The notes beneath the pieces are model-generated. The model made no database searches, had not been told where the DNA came from, and saw only the letters and a program-made list of their open reading frames with translations. A DNA stretch of 64,000 nucleotides from assembly GCA_051047955.1 (NCBI GenBank), contig JBPGPT010000022.1, positions 124,001 through 188,000 on the forward strand. Direction: 5' to 3'. Source of the stretch: Cystobasidiomycetes sp. EMM_F5. Taxonomy: Eukaryota. Position numbers and translations under genes: made by a program. Position 1 is the first letter of the stretch. Each line of letters starts with the position of its first letter. This document shows, piece by piece, positions 53,101-64,000 of this stretch.

Positions 53101-53863
53101 ATTGATCCCGGCAAGTGGCGTACGTCGACCAAGATCGAAGCTCTTGTTGAAGAACTCAGCAAGCTTAGAACTGAGGACTCGTCCATCAAGTCGCTGGTAT
53201 TCTCGCAATTCACCAGCTTCCTCGATCTTATTGCTAGAAGGCTTCAGCTAGCTGGCTTCAAGATTGCACGGCTTCAGGGTAGCATGTCGCCTGAGGCTCG
53301 TGATCGTACCGTAAAGTACTTCATGAATACAACAGACTGCACAGTCTTCTTGCTCTCGCTGAAAGCAGGAGGAGTTGCGTTAAATCTCACGGAAGCTAGC
53401 CGTGTTTTCCTCACCGATGTCTGGTGGAACCCGGCGTGAGTGACTAGAATTCAGCGGTCCGCCGTGTACGTTCTTACTGACGTTTCGCGACGTACGAAGC
53501 GCCGAAGTCCAGGCTATGGACCGCATTCATCGTATTGGTCAGCATCGTCCGATCATCGTCAAGCGATTGATTATTGAAAATAGCATCGAAGCCAAGGTAC
53601 GCCGGGCATATCCCATTGATGACTTGCACTGACTAGGCCACACTATCGTCCTCCATGTGGTTTCTGATCGTCATCGTTCAACCGCGACTTCCGACATTTA
53701 CTATTTCGCTTCCGCACAAACTCGGACCACTCAATCTTTGCATTCGCAGATCGTGGAGTTGCAAAAGAAAAAGGAATCAATGGTGGGAGCAGCCCTAGGA
53801 GACGACGATCAAGCGCTCGGACGCTTGACTCCAGAAGATCTGTCTTTCCTGTTCACAATGTGA
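50185..53863 (+). CDS. RAD16: Global-genome NER ATPase/E3 ligase Rad16
   Basis: [98 protein letters not shown] and end LGRLTPEDLSFLFTM*. The 5' exon from ATG 50185 splices in frame. Confidence 0.95.
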
Positions 53864-54335
53864 CAGAATCCCGATTTTTCGATTTTGGACCCGGGAGGAC
53901 AGGCAGTGCGATATGAGAGGCGCAAAGCCGTATGGTCGGTGCGGCACTAGGTGACCGTCAGCGGTGCGTCTCTCGACTCACAATACGTCTCCGAGTCTTG
54001 CGGGATTGTACCTTACAGCGAAAAAAATGTGGCAAAAGTGCCTGATGGAAAACCGAACAAGGCAAGGTTCCCAGACAATCTCCTCTTGTAGATTACACCG
54101 CCGCCTTGCGATCTGCTGGCAGAATGGTCGCCTTCAGCCTACTGTGTGGCTTCTGTTTACGTAGTCTTCTAGAACAATCACGGGAAATCGACATGCTTCA
54201 TGGATTGCTTGTATGCTAGACGTTGGCGTTGTATGCCAATCTTGACTGCTCGAACACAGTCGCCCGATTTCAAAGAATTGGTCTAGACGGAAATGTAATC
54301 TCGTCCGATTCATGCTGTACTCCTTCCACTTTGTT

Positions 54336-56306
54336 TCAACGCATGCTGTTGGCTGTGCTGAGTGCGACACCCTCCTTCTCCGTCTGCGGAACACTTATGC
54401 CTTTGGTTGACTTCCCTGCTTTTCTATCATAATAATCCACAATCCATGCAATCTGCATATGCGAATGGCCACGAAAAATAGTCAATACCCTATCGAGGGA
54501 AGAAGAGCAAAAGTGTGCGGCTCACCGTCTGTGCATTAGACCACTTGTGTCTATATCCGAGCACTTTACGCGCACGCGAGTCATCGATTACCACGTCCAT
54601 GAGCGATGTATTCCACTACAGTGTCAAGCTTGAGCCTGTACTCCTTATAGAACAAAGTCTCGCAGAAACATACCGTTGGAGGCTGCAAGAACTGGACTCT
54701 TTCCTTTACGAAACTTGCAGGGTATACGCTAGGTGATTTTTGCCCTGTGTATCGATTCCATCCTGACAGAATCCAATAACGCCAGTCACAGAACCATTCT
54801 GCAAATCTATGGTTTCAGTGAGGTCTTGCGTTCAGCTCTATGAGCTGACCTATCACGTAGCCCATCAAATAGAGCGGTAGAACAGGGACGAGCGAAATCT
54901 TGACATCTGGTGCAAACAGCTATACAGCGAGATTGATGTTCACTGAAGTGACAGGTGTTTCATTGCTACTTGATAGCTTACCTGCATAGTGTGGACCAGA
55001 TGGGCGAAAGCCCACGGTTCGCCAGCTCCAGTAATAACGCTGCTCGATGAAAAGCATCAGAACGCGTTGATGCTAGTGCGGGGTCGATGTTACCCACAAA
55101 GCATCACCTCCGACCTCTTGCGGTCTTTCTCGTAGTGCCTTCTCGTAATACAGATGAGCGAGTGCGCAATCGTATACGTTCATATGCGTTTCTACGTGCC
55201 ATCAAATAGAAACGCTTGTTCAGCCATTGATGCCGACAGGGCGAAGACAAGTGAATGCGTACGAGCGACCCCTATAACGTAAGACATGTTCTCCTTGTCT
55301 CGGGTTTGTAGAACTGCTGTGATAGTGAGGATCGCATACACGACGTTCTGAGAGCATTGGCGTACATGAAGAGACTGCAAGGTCGTTCGGACTTTGTAAG
55401 GCCATACCGGGCCGCAGCTGTGCAAGGTGTCAGCGATGGCCTCTGTATAAGCTCAAGTTGACCACGCGAGTTGCTCACCACGCCCGTTCGCAGACCGTCA
55501 GCTCCATTGGCTTGTCGGACCAGCTTGTCAGCAGCCCATTTGGTCTGAGTGTAGTGATTTGTCTGTATCTCAGAGTCTGGAATTGATAAATCATCATCGA
55601 TCACGCAGGATCGAGCAAATCGATTGCGGTAGCCGCTCCACTTCCAACGCAGTCTGAATGGTCTAAAAGCCGGTACGAGTACGCCAGCAGAGCTACAATA
55701 GACGAGAATCTTGTCAGATGACGGCGGCATACCGCGTAGTGCGTCGATAACGTGTTTTGTGCCATCGACATTGATGTGCGAGCTGAGGGTATAGGTTGCC
55801 TTTGTACGCTCGTAGAAGCGTATGATTGAAGCAAAGTGAATCACACTTTACACATTACTCAGTATGCAAAATAGTCGCATGGTGGTCAGTAAATACTGGA
55901 CGCACACATCCGGCTTTGCCTCAGCGAACACAGCTTGGACAGAAGATTGCGAAGAGATGTCGCATTTAATGAATGTGACTTTGAGACCAGCTAGGATGTC
56001 TGGCAAGGGCATTACGTCAGACACAAAGATGTGTTGCTCGCCGCGGTCATGCAGCAGCTTGACGCAAGCCGATCCGACATTGCCAGACCCTCCCAAGACT
56101 AGATAGCGCTTTCCCGTTGGCTCGGCGACTGCAGTGCCCCGCAGCATATCAATCTCGGTCCAGGTTTCCCCGTCTCTGATGAGAGCGTCGTCTGTGGGGA
56201 ACGGCTCTGGCCGTACGTACCGGGAGCTCTTGAGCGAGTCGGACAGGAGCTTCAGGTATCCGCATACAGCGATGACTGCTGAAACTGCCAGCACCGATGC
56301 GAGCAT
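54336..56306 (-). CDS. 3-beta-hydroxysteroid dehydrogenase / Erg26-like extended SDR with N-terminal membrane anchor
   Basis: Hydrophobic N-terminus, YLVLGGSGNVG NAD-binding motif, IHFASIIRFYER, NVDGT, YCSSA and catalytic YTQTK; several 3' exons; end approximate. Confidence 0.8.
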
Positions 56307-56722
56307 GTTGCAAGAAAGATAGCGATTAGCCGACAGCGGTGAGTGTGGTCAGCCGGGACAATGGTCAGTTGTTGGAACGAGTTGGAGCGGAGGCAAGAAG
56401 CAGAGCAGGGCGACGAGTGAGTTGCGCGTCAAAGCATGCCGCGTGGTCGGACATGATCTTGGTTTGATCTTGATCTTGGACTTGGCCGAAGTTGCCGGGG
56501 TTGATGTTGTCGGATTGCCAATATGATGTCTGCAACCATGACTTTGGGATGGGAAATGCTCATGACTGGTCCATGATGCCGCAGCCTACAGCTGGCCCCG
56601 TCATCGTTGCAAACCTGCTATATCCTTCATCCCGCTCGCATTTCTTGATGTCGAATGATTACGCAGACTAACGATATCCAAACATGCGACATACTCCCAG
56701 TAATCCGCAAACCTGAGCTCCG

Positions 56723-59074
56723 ATGCAGCCCGTAGGAATGTATGGCTCGTCGCCTAATCTGGCTTACCCGGGGTACGGGCATCAGGCTGCACAATTTCAG
56801 CAGGGAGCGGCAGCAGTACCGGCTTATATGACGCGTCAATATCAAGGCTCAGTACCCCCTCCATCAGGATACCCAGGCGCAGGCATTCCAAATGCCCGAC
56901 CCCCGCCCCGCTCGGTCGTGCTCCAGCAGCAACAACGACGAGCCGCCGTGGACGTCTACAGCCAGCAGCAGCATGCGCACGCCATGATGGTAGGGAGAAG
57001 TGTCGCGGCGCCTGTTGGAATCGCAGGCGTGCCTCAGAATGGCCATATGCCAAGCGGCATGGTCATGGAATACAATCAGCCTTATCCAGTGCAAGCTAGC
57101 ATTGCGCGCACAATCACAAATCCACATGTCAGCAGAGCGCCTCCACCATCTCTAAACGCCATGGCTGCTTCCACACAAATGTCACACCCTGCCAACCATC
57201 CTTTTGCACCTCTAGCCAGCAGTCATGGGCAAGCCAGAATGATTCAATACCATCCGCATGCTCTTCAAACAAACCCGCATCAGGTGCCTTTTGCTCAAAG
57301 TGGTGTTCCAAGTCATGAGCGTACTGCTGCAGTGTCAATGGCAGAGCATCGCGCACCCTTTGGACAGCAGATGGATACGCGACAGTCACCACACATGTAT
57401 CCTGCTGCTACAGAAATCAGCAATGGGGGATCTATGGGCCCGCATGCTACATCCCGCACACAGCATCTACCGTTGCACGATGCTCAGGATGCCCAATCAG
57501 CTCCAATGTCAGCTGCCTCGACGCCTAAGCAAGACCCGCAGCACGATGGCGATGTACAGTCTACGTCTGCTCCACATCTCTCCATACAACCCCGCCTACA
57601 TCTATCGACGGCCGGATTTGATGGCAATTCGCATGCCGATCTGCTGACCAGTCCCTTACCGATCTCGAACCATTCTCCATCTCCTAATGGGTCACCAGCA
57701 ACGAGATTCTTGGCCGAGCAAAAATCTAGCGTCTCAGGCCGAGATGAACCGACAAGTGATCAGACATCTCAACAAGGGGATTTCAGCAATACCCCTCGAT
57801 ACGCAGGACAGGCTTATAGCCAGCGCGTTTCTAGCAGCACGGCATTACTACGGCTTCTCAGCTTCTCAAGTGATCTCACGGCTGCGCTTAACAGCTCTGA
57901 TAGCGATGCGCTGCAGAACTGGGTTTCCGCTTATTTTTCGGAACGCGCTCAGGTCGGCTTTCTTGTAGAAGACCCTAATCGCGGACAGAATGGATATGGT
58001 GCGCTCAGAACCCTGTGCAATGTGTCGTCACCTACTGAATTCACGTATGTGACCGAAACATCCTCGCAGATATACCCGTGGCCTGCCTTTCGCGATTTTA
58101 CGAAGTCCTCCGCGAGACTGGTGCAACACGAATCCAGATGCTCTTGGAATGTCCGGTAGAGCTTGAGATTCGACAAGCGCCTCATACCCGTCCGCTTGGC
58201 CATGTCGTGCGATGCGGTCAGATGACATGGATCATCGCCTATTCAAATGGATGTCAAGTTGTGTCCAAGGGCGCGATGATAGCGAACTTTTCGTGTCCGG
58301 ATCCTTCACAATCTGACGCCCTGCCAAAAATTGATCATATGGAATTCGTGTTGCAAAGCCACACAGACTACGTCTTGCGGTCTGCGCTTGTGGGGTTGCC
58401 GGGCTCACAAAACAGTCGTTCCCAAGATGCCACGCATCAGGTAAACGCGAATGACGGTGCTCACCGGCACCCTCAATTCGATGTCTCGAAGGATACTCTG
58501 CAAGAATTTGACATGCAGCGGAAAATGAATGGAGCTGCCGAATTCGATCCAAGCTCTGCTGAGTCTCAGGATTCGCAAAATGGTCTCAAAGTCATCGACT
58601 ATGCCGCGCCTCATGCTGTGTACGAAACTGTCGCAATTCCCCGAAGTGTGGTTGGTCCTGCAGGGCTCAGCGATAGAGCAATGCGGGTTCTAGAGGTGGG
58701 GTACTCCACAACAGGCGGAAGTCTACACAATGCTAAGCAATCACTTCTGCAGATTGCCGAGACGGTCGACTTACTTTCAGAATTGCTGTCTTTCTCGCAA
58801 GTATACAATCTCGCACCTTTAGGTAGTTATGACAGTTGGCTATGCTCCAGTGTGCTGTTCATTAACACTCTGCTTGTTGTCCTCAACAGAAACGCTGGAG
58901 CGGTATGCAACCCTGTGTGTCGCCACAGGAAAAGTCGCCCAAGCCGACATTTTACCCCATGATCCGTATCGATGCGATTGTCCACCCGATGGTCACTCAC
59001 CAATCGAAAACAGCCAGCCCGTAGGCACTGTAGCAGACCGTTCCATGCACGTATCGGAAATGATGGCAGTCTGA
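56723..59074 (+). CDS. LIM-domain-binding (Ldb/SEUSS) family transcriptional co-regulator, Mfg1/PtaB-like
   Basis: Q/P-rich N-terminus, then ALLRLLSFSSDL...WVSAYFS, /DIPVACLSRFY, YSNGCQVVSKG, KIDHMEF...HTDYVLRS, GLSDRAMRVLE/IAETVDLLSELL...APL/ETL. Start uncertain. Confidence 0.75.
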
Positions 59075-59262
59075 TTCAGTAACAGGTCGCAGCAAGTATA
59101 CAGTTATTTAGCAACGTTGAGCAGATCAGAGGGAGTGGGAAGTCAGCAGTCTTGCGTAAATGTTGTTGTATGTTTGTGCAGACTCGAGACCGCGTTGCCG
59201 CTTCGTCAGAAGCGACCATCTACCAAAAGCTACACGTTGAGCATGCTATATTTACATGGACC

Positions 59263-62200
59263 TTATCGTCGGCCTCGGCCGCCATTGAGCATCCTGCCGC
59301 CGGGAGGACCTCCATTCCCATTTCCTCGTTTGATGCGCTTATAAGCATCTCGACTAACTGGACCAACATGATTCCAATTGACTGGATTAGATTGACTTGG
59401 CGTTGGTCCGGTACCCCAGCCATTTGTGGGGTAGGCCTGCGATGGCCCAGGCGGCCCTAGAGGACCGTTGTAGCCTGCATAACCCTGAAGTGTGATGTAA
59501 GTACACATTATACAGATATGCCATTATAGCAGCGCACCTGGGCGGCGTAATAAGGTGGCTGGGCTGATTCCCCGTATTGCAAAGGCGGAGTGGCTGATGA
59601 CCCATTGAGAGGGGCGAGAGCGCTTGGATTCAGAGAAGCTAATAACGAACTCAGGTCGGCGCCTGGTAATACGGTAGATGATATTGCAAGCTGGTCGGGT
59701 GGAAGAGTGGCTCCGCTCAATGGCTGGATTTGCTGTAATAAAGCCATCGGATCGGGATGTAAGAATGCTAGAACAGGTTGTACCATGGCGTCCAAAGCAA
59801 ATGACGAAGGCAGTCGCATGTGCGGGACTTCTGCATCCGGTATTCCTGCCTCCGCTTCCCCCGGGGCAGGCTCTCCCGGTGTTGGCGGAATGTCTGCATC
59901 GCTGAAATACGACACAGCTAGACTCGACAGTTCTCGCTTCTCTTGTATATCGCGTTCACACTCCATGCCATTCAATGATTCTGCAGTCGGGTACGTTGCC
60001 ATTTGCTCCTTCGCTTCCGCTAACAGATTCATATCAACCTCTGTCGATAGCAACAGGATTAGATACGCTGTGAAACCGCAATATTGATATGTGCCTACCT
60101 GGAGGTTCCTCCCAATCGACCTCTTCTCGCAAGCCGTGCAGGGCTGCTCCTTCAGCGTGCTCGTCAACACCTCCCATCTTCTCAAAGTAGTCCTATTAAT
60201 AAGCAGTATCAGGACATGTCCCCGCTTCGGAGTACGGCGGCTCACATCTTCGGCACTTAGTGGATTGCCGTCTGCATCGCCATAAGCGATGGGTTCGAAT
60301 ATTCTGATCTGCTCAAGTTTGTCATCCGGTTGCCACCGGAGCGTCTTCTTCTTCTTGCTTGCGCGAACTATTTTACTACCGTCACCACTAGCATGATCAT
60401 TTGATCCAGATGCGCCTAGGGGATTGTCTTTTGCCTTCAATTCGGCTTGCATATCGAGCAGAGACTGGGCAAATGGATCGAATGCAGCGGATACAGGAGC
60501 CGTCACAGGTACAGAGGCAGTAGCTGTAGCACTAGCGGCGGTAGCTGCTGTGACCGGTCGTGCCGCAGCGAGCGGCTTACGCTTGGCAAAGGAAGGTAAA
60601 GCTTTTCCAACGGACTGCGTCTGCACAACGGTAGTCGCAACCTTCGAAGTGGCCGCTGGCCGCGCTGCCGCAGCGCTAGGTGCTGTTGCAACATCCGGCT
60701 TTACCTTGGTCTCCTGCTTTATTTTTGGTATGGCTGCATTAAGCGCAGGATGTGACTTTTTGAGCGACATCGTATCGCTCATGGGCGGGCTGGTCTTGCG
60801 TTTTTTGCTTTTGGCTGCAAAAAAGATCATTGGTCTGAAGAAACACAATGCAATGTGCTGCGACATACCATCTTCGCCCGGCGCCTGGGGCAGCGGACTC
60901 TCTGAGCGTTTCTTGACGACAGGCTTGACTCCTCCCGGAGCTGCCATGGCTGTCCATCGTCGAACCAATTGGTTTGCAAAGTCTTTCGTGACTTGATTGG
61001 ATGCATATTGTCAGCCTTGCCCTTACCGAGCCGCATTACAGGCAACTGACCTTCATCAAAAACGTCGCTTTGCGAGATAATTTGAACGTTGCGACCTATG
61101 CCTTTGAGGGACCGCAGGATTGGGAGATTGATGGGCAGTTTTCGCAAGACCTGTAGTACGAAGGCAAAGAGGAGACAGAATTTGCCACCAGTGGCGATAA
61201 GCATGTCAGCCAGGCCGTCTGCAATGTATGTTTTTGCGGAGAAAAGGAAGGAGCGCCATCGGGACAGCTTTCACACAGCATACACTGATGTGGGGACGCT
61301 GCGTAAGGACTTCACCGTCCAAGTTACAGCCGTTCGGATTATGACGACAGCGGACAGAGAAACACCTCTTGACGGTCGCAGGACAAGCAGATGTGGCATC
61401 AACAATCCTTGCGAAGACGTTAAAAGGTACAAGGCTGCGAGTTTCTCTCTGTCCGACAGTGCGCTTGCGAAATAGTGCAAAACAGCGAAACCGAGCCGGC
61501 ATACGTGCATGTAACGCGGGTATCGAGGCAAGGATAGACTATGAGCTGCAAAGACAAAACTCACCTCCAGAAGTGGACGTGCCGTGGCCTTGAGGGCTTG
61601 ATAATGCGCATCGATTTTTGCCTTACCTTTAGCCAAAGGTACTAGATCTTTTGCCCATTCGACGAGCAGTACCGTAGCCCGCGGATCAGTCACAAAACAT
61701 TCGTCGAAAGCTTCCTTCGTAATCTCTTTGATCGTATGGAGAAGATACCTTCGGGCATCGGGAGGAACACTGAGCGAAGTGACCATAGCCTCCCGGACGC
61801 CCGTAGAAGTAGCATCCTCAGGCTCCGTCACATACAGAGAGAGGTACTTGAACAACTTGGAGACGGCACTTATAGGAGCCTTGTTGGCTAAAGCGAGCTG
61901 CTTGCGCACTTCGGGTTCAATACGCTGCCAGACTAGTTCGCTCTCGGCGCGAGCATCCGGTTCCTTTGGCATCGCAGATGCTGTCGAGGATGTTAGTGTC
62001 TTTACGCGTTTTGCCGGGGATGTCTCTGCTGATACTTCGCGTTCCCGCTTTATAGTCGGGATCGTCTCCGCCAGCAACGTATTGTTGGGTGAGATGACAG
62101 CGAGCTTGGGATCAATGCTCTGTCCGTTTGATGCGTTTGAGTTCTGGATGGCATCGAGCCGCGCGTACTGGATGTGCGATTGTTGGGGCTGGTTGTTGAG

Positions 62201-62947
62201 GGAAAGAAGGGCGGGATTCATTACGGTTGGTACAGGATGTTGTGTATGGACGGTATTGTGGGGCATTGTGGAAGGGAGAGGTGGAGCAAGGCCGGAGGAG
62301 AATGGTCGAAAGACTGCGGAGTCATAAGCGGGCTGCTGGGTCGTGGAAGTCATGCTCAGTGGTGCTGGCATGGGCGAGGGCGATCGACCATATGCGTTTG
62401 CTGAGGTAGAGGCAAAATTGTCGACATCAAGAGCGAAAGAATATGCATCGTCATCCTCGTGGTCGCGTGCAGCACTTGCCATATCCTCGACATCGTACAC
62501 AAACTCAGACATGAGCTGGTGATGACCACTATTGCTGGGAGCTAAAGGAGCAGCGTGACTCCGAGCGGCTTCTTCTGCCTGTGCGGCCGCCGCGGCTGCA
62601 GCTTCCGCTTGAACACGTTTTGCCTCCTCTTCTTGCTGTTGTTGCAATAATTGCAAGCGCTGCCGTTCGTTGGCTTGCTCTTGCAGGAGTTTGGCGGCCG
62701 CCATTCTCTGCCGCACATAGTTGTACAGGGTGATCTGAGTAGTGTCGAGAGGGTGAATCTTGACTTCGCTCATGAGCCATTTTTTGATTCTTTCGTCTTT
62801 GAGGAACGTAACATCCCACGAGGTCTTTGTCGCTTGTTGGATGCTAGAGCGAGGAACAAAGCAGAGGCAGAGTGAGCATTTAAGCGTCATTGTATGCAGC
62901 TATCACTTCTTTCGCACTCACACTGCCATCGCTTCGACGTCGTTCAT
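59263..62947 (-). CDS. PP1 regulatory subunit, PNUTS/Ppn1/Ref2-like, with TFIIS N-terminal domain
   Basis: Spliced TFIIS-N-like LLE/VLRKLPINLPILRSLKGIGRNV...FDE/VTKDFANQLVRRW; PP1-docking motif KKKKTLRWQPDDKLEQIRIFE; EREL-like IQEKRELSSLAVSYFSDADIPPTPGEP. First exon MNDVEAMAV starts at ATG 62947. Confidence 0.75.
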
Positions 62948-63643
62948 GTTGCAAAGACTTGCCCAAACACGGTTAAAACTGTACAGTCAGGATTAGTCAG
63001 CACCGCCTAGCGGCTGCCTGAAGCGCTGCTAGGCAAAAGGGCGAAAACGACGTACGTGCGGGAGCAGGGCAGCAGCAGGACAGTCGAAAGAGCACGACAC
63101 GAAGTTCACCTGTATTGCGATGGCCAGTACTCTGCGCTGGGGACGCGTGGTTTGCCCAATCACACCTGGGCTTTGAGCTGGACCCGCAGCCAGACTCCCG
63201 TGTCTTTTGCAGCACTGGTGTACGGTAACCGTTTATGATTATGTCTAAACAATAGCGCACACAACTACAGTCCCCCGGTCGGCTCCAGACGTCAACTTGA
63301 CGGGTTCATCTGTGGGATACGTGCCCTTTTTATCGGCAAAAACTGGGCGAGGTTGAGCCCAGGCTGCGAGACTGCGCGCTGGGAATGTCAGCGAGCTGCG
63401 ACACGAGGTGTCCACCTGTTAATGAGAGAGCTGTCAGACTTCAGAATGCAGCCTTGTTCTGCCAATAGCTGCCCGCCCGTGGAGGTCCAAATTGATACGG
63501 AGCAAAGGAATGGAGGCATCGAGAGCAAGCAGACCAACAATTCCACAGCACACGCACGGATTGTCTGTGTAGACCTACTAACAAGCTGACCTGCTGACGC
63601 TCGTTGTAACCCAGCCCTAGCTGACGTTTCACCCTCGCATGGC

Positions 63644-64000
63644 ATGGCAGCCGCCAGATCACTGCCGATGACCACCTTCCGATCTCTCAGCTGGCGTCAC
63701 CCACGGCCTCATATAGCAGGCTCACTACTGCTCTTCTGTCCACCTACAACCTTATCATCGGTGATATACTCGTCTCTACATACTTCCATGAAGCGCGCCA
63801 GGGAGGAGTCGGCCGACGAGGCGTACGGACAACTTGGTGGAGACGACCTCTATCACAACACCTCCGTACTCAGACATCCCTCGACAAAGAGAGCAAAGGA
63901 GATAGATGCCGATCCACCCTTCAATCAATTGACGGAGTTGCTAAATGATCAGAATGAGCCGGAACCCAGGACAATACTGCATTGGTTCCGTTCGAAAGAC
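63644..64000 (+). CDS. PHR1: DNA photolyase (CPD class I type), 5' part, runs off the window
   Basis: In-frame ATGs at 63644 and 63788; KEIDADPPFNQL...ILHWFRSKD matches the photolyase N-terminal xWFRxDLR motif. Only the first residues of the domain are visible. Confidence 0.75.
   Translation, partial: MAAARSLPMTTFRSLSWRHPRPHIAGSLLLFCPPTTLSSVIYSSLHTSMKRAREESADEAYGQLGGDDLYHNTSVLRHPSTKRAKEIDADPPFNQLTELLNDQNEPEPRTILHWFRSKD

Noticed and set aside
61415..61432. CCTTTTA loop in the PNUTS intron resembling U5 snRNA loop I
   Set aside because: The sequence is ACCUUUUAA, not the invariant GCCUUUUAC, and no Sm site follows at the expected position.

Overview
Gene-dense, intron-rich eukaryotic DNA with short introns (mostly about 50-70 nt, GT..CTRAC..YAG). 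It reads as a fungal, most likely basidiomycete, genome; that assignment is inferred from intron style and protein sequences. About 26 protein genes were reconstructed by hand-splicing: an aquaporin 3' end, BET2, three PPR or PPR-like mitochondrial proteins, SSS1 (Sec61 gamma), GRC3, a TOS4/PLM2-like FHA protein, MCM3, TDA10, a RING protein, RRP15, pentafunctional ARO1, a DNAJC3-type TPR-J protein, REX2, cyclophilin H, a RAD5-family helicase, RAD16, an ERG26-like dehydrogenase, an Mfg1/PtaB-like LIM-binding protein, a PNUTS-like PP1 regulator and the 5' end of a photolyase. No rRNA, tRNA, transposon or CRISPR array was recognised. This is mostly housekeeping DNA and I see no clearly new multi-gene system. 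The most notable signals are: a 414-nt base-paired intron with a premature stop, splitting the TFIIS-N domain of the PNUTS-like termination factor; candidate dual-targeting N-termini on the photolyase (two AUGs plus an overlapping uORF) and on REX2 (non-AUG extension); four GC-AG introns; shared (GATTA)n/(GGAT)n motifs in two divergent promoters; and a UV/DNA-repair neighbourhood.
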